The notes under the pieces were generated by a model, which was not told the DNA's origin, did no database searches, and saw only the letters and a program-made list of their open reading frames with translations. This document shows, piece by piece, positions 49,990-59,638 of a DNA stretch of 64,000 nt. Within the stretch, counting starts at the first letter, position 1; each line of letters starts with the position of its first letter. The translations under genes and the position numbers were made by a program. The DNA comes from Alphaproteobacteria bacterium (GTDB taxonomy: Bacteria; Pseudomonadota; Alphaproteobacteria; UBA2966), in the NCBI GenBank assembly GCA_964291395.2, contig OZ219856.1:1024001-1088000 (forward strand), written 5' to 3'.

Positions 49990-51552
49990 ATGAAACAGAT
50001 GTCAGCACCCAATTTCCTTTTCATTCAGGCCGATCAGATGGCGGCGCCGGTTCTGCCGGTCTATGGACACCCGCTGGTCAAGGCACCGCACCTCGAAAGT
50101 CTGGCGCGCGACGGAGTCACCTTCGAGAACGCCTATTGCAACAATCCGATTTGTGCGTCGTCCCGTTTCTCGATGATGGCGGGGCAGCTTCCCTCGCGGA
50201 TCGGTGCCTATGACAACGCGGCGGAGTTCCCGGCGACCGTGCCGACCTTTGCCCATTACCTGCGGGCGCTCGGTTACACCACGTGCCTGAGCGGCAAGAT
50301 GCACTTCGTCGGGCCGGATCAATTGCACGGCTTCGAGGAGCGGCTGACCACCGACATCTATCCGTCGGATTTCGGCTGGACGCCCGACTGGTCGAAAGGG
50401 GATAGGCAGTTGCCGCCATCGGGCATGAGCATGCGCAGTGTCGTCGAGGCCGGCCTCTGTCGGCGCAGCCTGCAGATCGATTACGACGAGGACGTCGGGT
50501 TCCAGGCGGTACAGAAGATCCACGACTACGCGCGCGACCCGGACCGCAAGCCGTTCTTCCTCGCGGCGTCGTTCACGCACCCGCACAACCCGTTCACGAT
50601 CACGCCGGAGTTCTGGGACCTCTACGACCACGACGACATCGACCTGCCCAAATATCCCGGCAAGCCCGTCGAGGAGCGCGATCCCTGGAGCCGGCGCTAT
50701 CACTACCTGATCCGTCAGGACGAACACGAGATCACCGACGAGCACCTGCGCAATGCGCGGCATGCCTACTACGGCATGGTGAGCTACGTCGACCACCACG
50801 TGGGCCGGCTGCTCGGCGCGTTGGAGGCCACGGGCCTCGCCGGCAACACGATCGTGGTATTCACCGCGGACCACGGCGAGATGATGGGCGAGCGAGGCAT
50901 GTGGTACAAGTTCAACCCCTTCGAATGGTCCGTCCGCGTGCCGTTGATCGTCCGTGCGCCGGGGAACGCCAAGGGGCGTCGCGAAGCGAAGTCGGTCTCG
51001 CTCGTCGACCTGCTGCCCACGTTGCTCGACCTCGCCACGGACGGCAGTCCACCCGACCTGGTGGAGCCCGTGGATGGGCACACGTGGTCCGGCATGCTCC
51101 ACGGCGAAGACGACTCGCGACCCGACGAGGCCATGGTCGAGTTCACCGCCGAGGGCGCCATCGCGCCGTGTCTGATCCTGCGCAAAGGTCCATACAAGTA
51201 CATCTATAGCGAGCCCGACCCCGGTATGATGTTCGATGTCGAGACCGATCCGGGCGAGCAGGAGAATCTTTGCGGCGATCCCGAGCACGAGGATCTGGCG
51301 GAGGAGATGCTGGCGGATATCCTCGGTCGCTGGGATCCGCAGAGCATCGAGGAAGACATTCTGGAGAGCCAGCGCCGGCGTCACTTCATCCAGAGCGTAC
51401 TGATGAGCGGCCGACCGGCCCCGTGGGACTACCAACCCATGCGTGATGCCTCGCGGCAATACCTGCGGACGGGCGGCAGCCCGACGATGGTCAAGGGATT
51501 GGCGCGCTTCCCCTATATGGAGCCGGTGCCTCCGGACTTCCCGCGGGCCTGA
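49990..51552 (+). CDS. betC: choline sulfatase
   Basis: DQMA, ICASSR, AYDNA, GKMHFVGPDQLHGFEERLTTDIYP, WDYQP. Confidence 0.9.
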   Translation: MKQMSAPNFLFIQADQMAAPVLPVYGHPLVKAPHLESLARDGVTFENAYCNNPICASSRFSMMAGQLPSRIGAYDNAAEFPATVPTFAHYLRALGYTTCLSGKMHFVGPDQLHGFEERLTTDIYPSDFGWTPDWSKGDRQLPPSGMSMRSVVEAGLCRRSLQIDYDEDVGFQAVQKIHDYARDPDRKPFFLAASFTHPHNPFTITPEFWDLYDHDDIDLPKYPGKPVEERDPWSRRYHYLIRQDEHEITDEHLRNARHAYYGMVSYVDHHVGRLLGALEATGLAGNTIVVFTADHGEMMGERGMWYKFNPFEWSVRVPLIVRAPGNAKGRREAKSVSLVDLLPTLLDLATDGSPPDLVEPVDGHTWSGMLHGEDDSRPDEAMVEFTAEGAIAPCLILRKGPYKYIYSEPDPGMMFDVETDPGEQENLCGDPEHEDLAEEMLADILGRWDPQSIEEDILESQRRRHFIQSVLMSGRPAPWDYQPMRDASRQYLRTGGSPTMVKGLARFPYMEPVPPDFPRA

Positions 51553-51593
51553 CCCGCGCCCTTTCTTTGTCGTTGTCCTTGTCGTACCGGATG

Positions 51594-52775
51594 TCACGCC
51601 GGGTTCCTCGCGATGAGCTGTCGAGCGATGATGATGCGCTGCATCTCGTTGGTGCCCTCCCCGATGCAGAGGAGCGGCGCGTCGCGGTAAAGGCGCTCCA
51701 CGGGAAATTCCGTCGAGTAGCCGTAGCCGCCGTGGATTCGCATGCACTCCTGGGCATTCTCCAGGGCGGCCTCCGAGGCATAGAGCTTGGCCATGCCGGC
51801 CTCCATGTCGCAGCGCTCGCCCCGGTCGTAGGCGGTGGCGGCATACTCGGTCAGCAGCTTGGCCGCCTGGCAGCGCGTGGCCATATCGGCGAGCTTGAGT
51901 TGGATGGCCTGGTGCTGGCAGATGGGCTTGCCCATCGTCTCGCGTACCTGGGAGTAGGCGGTCGCCTCCTTGAGGGCGGCGTTGGCGATGCCGACGCCGC
52001 GGGCCGCGACGTTGATGCGGCCGAGCTCCAACCCGCCCACGGCCTGGTGGAATCCGCGGCCCTCCTCGCCGCCGATCAGATTGTCTTCCGAAACCTGGAA
52101 GTTCTCGAAGATCAGTTCGGCCGTGTCGATGCCTCTGTAACCGATTTTCTCGAGCTTGCGGCCGACGGTGAAGCCGTGGCCCTTCTCGGCGAGCAACAGG
52201 CTCATGCCCTTGTGACGGGGCTCGGCTTCGGTGTCCGTTTTCACGAGCACCGCGAAGCAGGTCCCTTCGATCCCGTTGGAAATCCAGGTCTTGGTGCCGT
52301 TGACGGTGAAGTTGTCGCCCTGGCGCACGGCGGTCGTGCGGATGGCCTGAAGGTCGGTGCCGCAGTTCGGTTCCGTGAGCGCGAGGCCGCCGCGGACCTC
52401 ACCGCTGGCGAACCGCGGCAGGAACCGTTCCCTTTGCTCGTCGGTGCCGAAGCGTTCCACGGCCGCCGACATGATCAGGTGCGAGTTGAAGATGCCGGTT
52501 AGCGACATCCACACTTCGGAGATGCGCGTGACGATCTTGGCGTAGGTTCCGGCCGGGAGCCCGAGTCCCCCGTATTCGCGGGATATCGTGGCGCCGAACA
52601 GGCCGAGTTCCTTCATTTGCTCGACCATCTCGCGGGGGTATGCGTCGGCGTGCTCGAGCGCCATGACCCTGTCCTTGACGTCCCGGTCGAGCCACTTGTC
52701 GATGGCATCGAGGATTTGTGCCTCGTCCTGGGAGGAAACGTGCGCGTCGGCCGCGCGTCCCGGCGGGTCGGTCAT
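51594..52775 (-). CDS. acyl-CoA dehydrogenase
   Basis: ALTEP, NGTKTWISN, RIHGGYGY, IGEGTNE. Confidence 0.94.
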   Translation of the reverse strand: MTDPPGRAADAHVSSQDEAQILDAIDKWLDRDVKDRVMALEHADAYPREMVEQMKELGLFGATISREYGGLGLPAGTYAKIVTRISEVWMSLTGIFNSHLIMSAAVERFGTDEQRERFLPRFASGEVRGGLALTEPNCGTDLQAIRTTAVRQGDNFTVNGTKTWISNGIEGTCFAVLVKTDTEAEPRHKGMSLLLAEKGHGFTVGRKLEKIGYRGIDTAELIFENFQVSEDNLIGGEEGRGFHQAVGGLELGRINVAARGVGIANAALKEATAYSQVRETMGKPICQHQAIQLKLADMATRCQAAKLLTEYAATAYDRGERCDMEAGMAKLYASEAALENAQECMRIHGGYGYSTEFPVERLYRDAPLLCIGEGTNEMQRIIIARQLIARNPA

Positions 52776-53323
52776 ATCGCCCCTCCCTGTCCGGACTTGG
52801 CGTCGGCCGCGGCGATCACGTCCTCGACGGCGTGACCGCGCTTGGGGATCAGAGCCGATCGCCGAAAGCTCATCACGAGGGTCCCGTCCTGCTTGTGGGC
52901 GCGGGTCTCGACGCTGACGATGCCCTGGGTCGGGCGGGACCTGGATTCGCGTACGTCGAGGACCTCCGTCTCCGCGTAGAGCGTATCGCCGTGGAACACC
53001 GGCGCCGGCATCTCGATCTCCGTCCAACCGAGGTTGGCGATGGCCTTCTGGCTGACGTCCGAGACGGTCATGCCGACCACGACGGAGAGCGTGAGGGCGC
53101 TGTTCACGAGCGGTCGCCCGAATTCGGTGTGGCGGCAGTACTCGTGGTCGAAGTGAAGCGGGTGCTGATTCATGGTCAGCAGCGTGAACCAGGTGTTGTC
53201 GGCCTCCGATATGGTCCGGCCTGGCCGATGCTCGTAGACGTCACCGATGGTGAAGTCCTCGAGATAGCGGCCGAATGATTCACGGTAGCGGCTTTCGCCG
53301 ACCCGTACCGACTCCTTGGTCAT
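52772..53323 (-). CDS. MaoC family dehydratase
   Basis: GRYLEDF, DN.WF..LTMN.HPLH, PVFHGDTL. Confidence 0.92.
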   Translation of the reverse strand: MTKESVRVGESRYRESFGRYLEDFTIGDVYEHRPGRTISEADNTWFTLLTMNQHPLHFDHEYCRHTEFGRPLVNSALTLSVVVGMTVSDVSQKAIANLGWTEIEMPAPVFHGDTLYAETEVLDVRESRSRPTQGIVSVETRAHKQDGTLVMSFRRSALIPKRGHAVEDVIAAADAKSGQGGAI

Positions 53324-53350
53324 GGCCCGGCCTCCCTGCGTCTTCCGGTT

Positions 53351-53375
53351 GGCGAGAGGCGTCACGCCTCTCGCC
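53351..53375. repeat. perfect 11-bp hairpin
   Basis: GGCGAGAGGCG-TCA-CGCCTCTCGCC, just upstream of the maoC RBS. Confidence 0.7.
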
Positions 53376-53502
53376 CGGTCATAATGGCGGCACCGGGCGC
53401 GGAAGGTCCAGAAACGTGCGCGCGGTCGCGATGCCACGACTACGCCATCTTTGATACGTTCAATGGGAAGCGGCGGCGACGCACCCGGTCGGGGAGGCGG
53501 GC

Positions 53503-53917
53503 ATGAGCGACTGCATTTTCTGAGATCGTCGCGCGCGAGGTGCCGGCTCACGTCGCCTGCGAAACCGATACGGCGTTGGCGGTCATGGACGTGGGGCACG
53601 TCGGTCCGGGCCACACCCTGGTCGTCGTCAAGCCGCATGTGGAGACGGTAATGGAGCTCGATGAGGATCTGGCTGCGGACGCCTTTCGCGTCGCGAACCG
53701 CATGGCGAAGGCTCTTGAAGCGCGGTTCAGTCCCGAGGGGATGACGATCCTGCAGGCGAACAGGCCGGCGGGATGGCAGACGGTGAACCATTTTCACCTT
53801 CACGTCCTGCCACGGGCGGCAGATGACGGCGTGACCCTGACGTGGCCCGCGAAGAACCCGCCGCGGGAAGAGCTCGCCGCGCGGGCCGCGGAGATCTCGT
53901 CTTTCATCGTGGACTAG
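53503..53917 (+). pseudogene. HIT family hydrolase, frameshifted near the 5' end
   Basis: MSDCIF then TGA; the +1 frame continues EIVAREVPA..GHTLVV.K.H..HFHLHVLPR. Confidence 0.82.
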
Positions 53918-54124
53918 CGCAGGTAAGCGCACCCCACGCGCCGATGGCGCGCTTCCGGCTGGCGTCCGCCCTCGCATGAGCGGACGAAAAACACCGTAAC
54001 GTCAGCAAGTTGGAGACCGGCCGGTCCCGCCCCGTCCGCGAAGGCCTCCGGGTTCGTGCCCTGAAAATGCCCCGCCGCATAGAGTAGCCACCGAAATACT
54101 TCCTTGTTAGAGGGTTTCACTTCG

Positions 54125-54156
54125 GAGCCCAGCACTGGTCACACGGTGCTGGGCTC
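54125..54156. repeat. inverted repeat hairpin
   Basis: GAGCCCAGCAC-N10-GTGCTGGGCTC. Confidence 0.7.
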
Positions 54157-54259
54157 GCACGTTTTACGGGGTTCAATTCGCGGGTGGAAGACCCGCCTTG
54201 GGTGCGGGTGCGAGAATCCAGCGCTGAAACCAGGGTAAACCGCCACCAGGCATCTTGGC

Positions 54260-54396
54260 AGTTCCAGATCCACGTAGCTGAACAGACCGTCGCCTCGCTC
54301 GTCCCGACCCCGCATCCCTACCTCCCACGACAATCGACGCAGGATCGGAAAACCACGGCACAGAAAATCACTCCAGCGACTTTTCGGCAGCCTGCT
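54260..54396 (-). mobile_element. IS5-family left end and transposase remnant
   Basis: MRGRDERGDGLFSYVDLE; end-like CAGGCTGCCGAAAA next to CTAG. Confidence 0.7.
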
Positions 54397-55447
54397 AGAT
54401 CCGGTTGGCTTCGGCCTCTGCGTGTCGCAACCGCTCCACGATCCATCGGAAGGCCGGCGCCTCGCCGAGGATCATGTCGCGCATGGCCCGGATCCGGTAG
54501 TCCCGCTCGACGGCCGCGTGCAGCTCGGGTTGCGGGGCCAGCCGGAGCGATCCCGGAATGGCTTCCTCGAACCGCTTCCAGGCCTGCCGGAAGGTGACGA
54601 GATTATGGGTCCGGACCGCGTCGAGCAGGGCGGTGTCGGTGAGCGCGGACTCACCGGTCGCGGTCGCCGCGATCACGGCGGCGTCGTAGTAGTGGCGCGA
54701 AATCCGGTCCTTGTCCGCCGGCAGCCGCCCGGCATCCCGGTAGCCGCAATGCAGGCCGTGCAGGATCAGGAGCTTCTCCCAGAAGGTGCGCTCGGGCGCG
54801 AGCGTCGCGATGTTCCCGACGTGGAACGGCCAGTCCGGCAGCTCGCCGCCGACATACGGAGAAACGGCACGGGTGACGACGGGCTCGAGCGCCGAGCGCG
54901 CCCCGGCCTCGATCTTGACGCGCGGGGGTACATAGGAGGCGTCGCCACCGGGATAGAGGGTGGAATACGCGACCAGGAGCGTCTGCCCGCCAGCGTCGTC
55001 CGGGTCGGACCCTACGGCGCATCCCTCCGTCAGGCCGCCGATCAGCTCCGTCAGGGCGGCCTTCAAATCGCCGAGGACGTAGGCGCCGCAGGCTCCCGCC
55101 AGCTCGTCGAACAGCGCGCTCCTTCGCTTGTTCGAGAGGCCGGCCGCACTCGTCGGATCGCGGTCGCCCGCGAAACCCAGGGCGTCGCGATGGACCACGA
55201 GATCGATGTCCTCCGAGAACCGCCGGATCAGCCCGAAGGCCTTGGAGAGCGAGGTCCCGCCCTTGAACAGCAGCTTCGGGTGCCCGGCCGGCAGCCGGTT
55301 GAAGAGCGCGTCGAGGACGAGACACACCCAGAAATCCTTCTCGACATAGCCCGGCACGGTGTCGAGGCGGTTCGCGGCGGCGGCGAAGACGTCCCGCCTG
55401 TCCCGATCCGGCAGGGCGAGAAAGGACGCGAAGGCGTCCACCGTCAT
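54395..55447 (-). CDS. AbiEii/AbiGii nucleotidyltransferase toxin
   Basis: VEKDFWV, FKGGTSLSK, RFSEDID, ERTFWEK, SRHYYD. Confidence 0.92.
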   Translation of the reverse strand: MTVDAFASFLALPDRDRRDVFAAAANRLDTVPGYVEKDFWVCLVLDALFNRLPAGHPKLLFKGGTSLSKAFGLIRRFSEDIDLVVHRDALGFAGDRDPTSAAGLSNKRRSALFDELAGACGAYVLGDLKAALTELIGGLTEGCAVGSDPDDAGGQTLLVAYSTLYPGGDASYVPPRVKIEAGARSALEPVVTRAVSPYVGGELPDWPFHVGNIATLAPERTFWEKLLILHGLHCGYRDAGRLPADKDRISRHYYDAAVIAATATGESALTDTALLDAVRTHNLVTFRQAWKRFEEAIPGSLRLAPQPELHAAVERDYRIRAMRDMILGEAPAFRWIVERLRHAEAEANRI

Positions 55448-56067
55448 GCTGCCACGGCGTCCTCGGCCGCGATGTCGCGCGCGAGCGGCAGCGCCCAGCC
55501 GGGCAGGTCCCGCCCGTTCCGGGCAAGGTCGCGCTTCACCGCCTCGGGGAGACGGCGCTTCAGGGCCGCGACGACCCGCGCGTCCCGGGCAGCGTCGGGG
55601 CCGAGCCATCGCAGCGCCTGGACCGCCGACGCCGCCGGCCGGTCCGCCCAGCGCATGACGCGGGGGCCGGCGTGGTGGAAGCGGATCGTCCCGCCGTCGA
55701 TCCCGACCGTGCGGGTGGCGCCGTCGGTGACGTAGCCGGCCCTTGCCGGCACCGCGTTGGTGAGGCCCAGCCGATGCGCGGCAGTCGCGCCGTCGGGCAT
55801 GATCCGGATGCCGTCGCGCCGCGCCAGCGCGGCCACGGCAGCGTCGAGGTCGACCGGCGCGGGCCGGTTCAGCACGGCGCTGATGCGCGGCAGGTCGTAG
55901 AGGCCCCTGCCGGCGCGGCGCAGCCGTCCGGACTTGACGAGGCGCGAGAGCGCTTGGTCGACGGCCTCCCGGCTGCCGAGGTCCAGGAAGTCCTTGGGCG
56001 TGCACACCCATCGGCCCCGACCGTGCGCGCTCACCCGCCTCATGATTGCGTCGGCCACGCCGGTCAT
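55444..56067 (-). CDS. DUF6088/AbiEi-like antitoxin
   Basis: DFLDLGSREAVDQALSRL...GRGLY; stop/start overlap with the toxin gene. Confidence 0.87.
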   Translation of the reverse strand: MTGVADAIMRRVSAHGRGRWVCTPKDFLDLGSREAVDQALSRLVKSGRLRRAGRGLYDLPRISAVLNRPAPVDLDAAVAALARRDGIRIMPDGATAAHRLGLTNAVPARAGYVTDGATRTVGIDGGTIRFHHAGPRVMRWADRPAASAVQALRWLGPDAARDARVVAALKRRLPEAVKRDLARNGRDLPGWALPLARDIAAEDAVAA

Positions 56068-56199
56068 CGGTCGATCCTCCATGCGTTTGTGTCAGAAAAT
56101 ATAGGCATTATTCCTGTCATTTCAACCGCCGTTTGGGATGCCCCTGCAGTCGTCTCCATCCGCGCGCCTTTCTCCATCGAGAGGGGAGTGCCGGCCGTG

Positions 56200-56355
56200 A
56201 GCGGGTCGGCGGTCTGGTGTCGGTGGTCATCGCGCCGCCCGGACCGCCGGCGACGCCGCCGGACACCGTCCCGGGTTCCAGGCCGTCGATGATCCCGGTT
56301 CCGGGCGGCGTCCGTGTGTGGCTGGCCACGGGCGTGACGGACATGCGGCGCGGCC
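56200..56355 (+). mobile_element. IS66 remnant (tnpA end, tnpB start)
   Basis: MIPVPGGVRVWLATGVTDMRRG is the IS66 TnpB N-terminus, truncated. Confidence 0.82.
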
Positions 56356-56546
56356 GGCAGGGTAGCGAAGATGGCCGGTCAGCCTGCCCCGACGCGCTTC
56401 GAAATCAAAGTAGTTCACATATACCGTCAAATTTACAGTAAAAAGTCACTGACAGTCTCTTGAGGGGGTGTTTTTCATGTTGTATCATGGAATTTCAGGG
56501 GCTTCAGGTTTTTGGCTTCGTTTTTCAGTCAGGATCATCAAAATTC

Positions 56547-58100
56547 ATGAATGTCGTGCATCAGCATCGATTTTCAGGGCCGATCACGGTTTTTCAGGAC
56601 AGACGGCTGCCGGAACGGGCGACGCTGGCCGGCTATGCCGCCCTGATCGATGCCTGCAGTCTGCACGTTCCCTTGCCACGGACCTTATCCGCTACGGGCG
56701 AGCGGCACAGGATCTCGGAAGAGGGAGGCTGGCGCCTTCTCACCCCTCGCCATGCTCCGCGCCCCACACTGGAAGCGCACCTGACCTTCGCCCTCAAGTA
56801 TGAGGGACTCGATCTTGCCGTTCTGAAGCGCCTCTTCCTTGCGGTGGATGCGGCCGAGATCGAATCCATCGTCCGGGATACGCCCACGGGCAGCTATGCA
56901 CGGCGCCTCTGGTTTCTTTACGAGTGGCTCACCGGTCAGCGTCTGAACCTTCCCGATGCCACACGGGGCGACTATGTCACGGTCGTCAATCCGCAGCGGC
57001 AATGGGCGGTCCAGGGCGAGAACTCCACGCGACATCGCGTCAGGAACAACCTGCCGGGCACACCGGACTTCTGTCCGCTCGTCCAGCGCACGGAAGCACT
57101 CGAGGAATTCGTCAATCTCGATCTCGCGGAGCGGGCGCGGATGGTCGTCGCTGCGGTGCCGAGGGACTTGCTGGCCCGCACAGCCGCTTTCCTGCTCTTG
57201 AAGGACTCGAAGTCGAGCTACGCGATCGAGGGCGAACGCCCGCCACAAAACCGCATTCAGCGCTGGGGCCGCGCTATCGGCGAGGCCGGCCGCCAACCGA
57301 TCGACCTCGACGAACTGCTACGCCTGCAAAAGATCGTGATCGGCGATGAGAGATTCGTGCGTCCGGGTTTGCGCACCGAAGGCGGATTTGTCGGCGGGCA
57401 CGACCGGGACACGGGCGCTCCGCTTCCCGACCACATCAGCGCGCGGCACGAGGATCTGGCATCCCTGATTGAAGGCATGGTCGCCTTCGGTCGGGGTCCT
57501 GCAACCACCCTCAATCCCGTCATCGCGGCTGCCGCGCTGGCCTTCGGCTTCGTGTATGTCCACCCGTTCGATGACGGGAACGGACGCATTCATCGCTATC
57601 TCATGCATCACGTCCTCGCCCAGCGGGGCTTCAACCCGCCGGGTGTCGTGTTTCCGGTATCCGCCGCGATCCTGCATCGGGTCGACGCTTATGGTGCGGT
57701 TCTGGAAGACTACTCGCGGCGGCTCCTGCCGCTCGTCGAGTGGGAGCCAACGGAGCGCGGGAATGTCCGTGTACTCAACGACACCGCCGATTTCTATCGC
57801 TTTTTCGACGCCACGCCGCATGCCGAGTTCCTGTTCGACTGCGTGCGCACGACGATCGAGGAAGACCTGCCGAACGAGGCGGATTTTCTCCGGCGCTACG
57901 ACCAGTTTACAGGCCATCTTCAGGCAATCGTCGATATGCCTGATCGCACCGCCGATCTTCTGTTCCGGTTCCTCCATCAAAATGGCGGGCGCCTCTCGCG
58001 GCGGGCGCGAGAAAGAGAATTCGAGGCGCTGACGGATGAAGAAACTGAAACTATCGAGCGTCTATATGCCGAGACATTTGGACCGCCGCCGCCGGGATAG
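56547..58100 (+). CDS. large Fic domain protein
   Basis: HPFDDGNGRIHR; SSYAIEGE; long N-terminal region. Confidence 0.92.
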   Translation: MNVVHQHRFSGPITVFQDRRLPERATLAGYAALIDACSLHVPLPRTLSATGERHRISEEGGWRLLTPRHAPRPTLEAHLTFALKYEGLDLAVLKRLFLAVDAAEIESIVRDTPTGSYARRLWFLYEWLTGQRLNLPDATRGDYVTVVNPQRQWAVQGENSTRHRVRNNLPGTPDFCPLVQRTEALEEFVNLDLAERARMVVAAVPRDLLARTAAFLLLKDSKSSYAIEGERPPQNRIQRWGRAIGEAGRQPIDLDELLRLQKIVIGDERFVRPGLRTEGGFVGGHDRDTGAPLPDHISARHEDLASLIEGMVAFGRGPATTLNPVIAAAALAFGFVYVHPFDDGNGRIHRYLMHHVLAQRGFNPPGVVFPVSAAILHRVDAYGAVLEDYSRRLLPLVEWEPTERGNVRVLNDTADFYRFFDATPHAEFLFDCVRTTIEEDLPNEADFLRRYDQFTGHLQAIVDMPDRTADLLFRFLHQNGGRLSRRAREREFEALTDEETETIERLYAETFGPPPPG

Positions 58101-58202
58101 GGATCGCGCCAATGAAAGACGTCGTGGCGCCCCCGGCGGCGCCGGCCCGCCCGCCCGGCGGCAGCGTTCCGCCGCGGGCAAGGATCCGATCGGCGGCGGC
58201 CC

Positions 58203-58975
58203 CTACCAGCGCACGGCGCTGCGCACCATCACGCCCTGCTCGGGCGCATCGTCGTTGGCGCTCTCGCTCAGCGTGCCTTCGAGGTTGAGGCTCACGTCGG
58301 GCGCGATGCTCCAGCGGGCGCCCGCGCGCCAGGTCCGCGCTGGTGCGCTCCGGCGCGCCGCCGTCGAGGTCGAGCGTCAGCCGCCCGGAGCCGGTTCCCG
58401 CCAGACCCCAGGCCGACAGCCGCTCCGAGAGCGCGAGCCGCGCATAGGGCAGCGCCGTCGTCACCGAGCTCCCCATCGCATAGCTCCGGCCCGAGCGTGC
58501 GCGCCGTGTCCGGCCGCAGCAGCGCGTCCATGCCGCCGGTCGCCTCCGTCCCGACCGCCTGGCGCAGCGTCAGCTTCGGGCCCCGGTCAGTGTCGGGCGA
58601 GGGGTCCCAGGCCAGCGAGCCCGCAAAGCCCCGCTCGCTCAGGCTCCCGTCCTCGTGCGTCAGCAGACCCCGCGCGGCAAGCTCCGCCCGCATCCCGAGC
58701 AAGGGATCGGCCCAAAGGAGCCTTGCCCCAATATCCGCACCGAACCCGGTCTCCGCGTCGCCCCCGTCATGGCGCGCGCCCACCTCCAGCGTCGGCACCA
58801 GCGTCCCGAAGCCGCGCCACGTCCCCTCGAGGCCCAGACGCAGACGCGTCACGTCCGCCTCCGACGCCCCAAGGCTGCCGCCGCTCCCGCGCACCTCCTC
58901 CGACGTCGTGCGCACGACCAGCGCATCCGACGTGACGCTAAGCTCCAGACCGCCCTCGGCCGGCCAGGAGAGCGA
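58203..58975 (-). pseudogene. autotransporter-like beta-barrel C-terminal remnant
   Basis: ADVTRLRLGLEG, RHDGGDAETGFG, RGLLTHED; ends VMVRSAVRW* in a shifted frame; no N-terminus. Confidence 0.72.
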
Positions 58976-59376
58976 TGAAGCCGAGCGCAGGCATACGCGT
59001 GTTCGTGGACGGCAACAATGTGATGGGTTCGCGCCCGGATGGATGGTGGCGCGATCGCGGTGCCGCGGCGCGGCGCCTCGTGGCCGAGCTTGAACCCGTC
59101 GCGCGACGCCTGCGAGGGAAGTGGATGGTCGTGTTCGACGGCTGTTCGCCGCCCGGGAAGGCCGCAGGGCCGGCAACCGCCGTCAGCGTGGAGCATGCTC
59201 TTCACCGTGGTGCGGATGCTGCCGACGACCGCATCGTCGCACTCGTCGCCGCCCTGCCGGAACAGTCCGACGTCCTGGTGTACACGTCCGATCGGCGGTT
59301 GCGTGAGCGGCTGGCGGCGCTGGGAGTACATGTAGAGGGCGCAGGTGCATTGTGGGAGCTTGTCGCGACTGCTTAG
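58975..59376 (+). CDS. NYN/PIN (YacP-like) domain protein
   Basis: VDGNNV...WWRDR, VVFDG, ADDRI, TSDRRL. Confidence 0.85.
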   Translation: MKPSAGIRVFVDGNNVMGSRPDGWWRDRGAAARRLVAELEPVARRLRGKWMVVFDGCSPPGKAAGPATAVSVEHALHRGADAADDRIVALVAALPEQSDVLVYTSDRRLRERLAALGVHVEGAGALWELVATA

Positions 59377-59389
59377 TGCCGAACGCGCC

Positions 59390-59441
59390 CCCCGCTTGAT
59401 CGGCGCGGCATGCAATATGTTGCCACGCCGATCAAGCGGGG
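59390..59441. repeat. long inverted repeat (terminator- or REP-like)
   Basis: CCCCGCTTGATCGGCG...CGCCGATCAAGCGGGG, 16-bp perfect arms. Confidence 0.8.
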
Positions 59442-59638
59442 CTATCCGGAACTGTGCCGGTGCCGGGCGAGGCCCTGCCTGATCCGTTAGCTCCCGGCGT
59501 TCATCTCCAGGATGTGGACATCGTAGGTGATGTGGTCGAGCAGGGCCCCGGGGCGGCGCTCGCCATGGCCGAGGTAGGCGAACCGGATGGAGATCGGGGC
59601 TACAGTTTGTTCATCATCGCCAAGCGCCTAGCGGGTTC

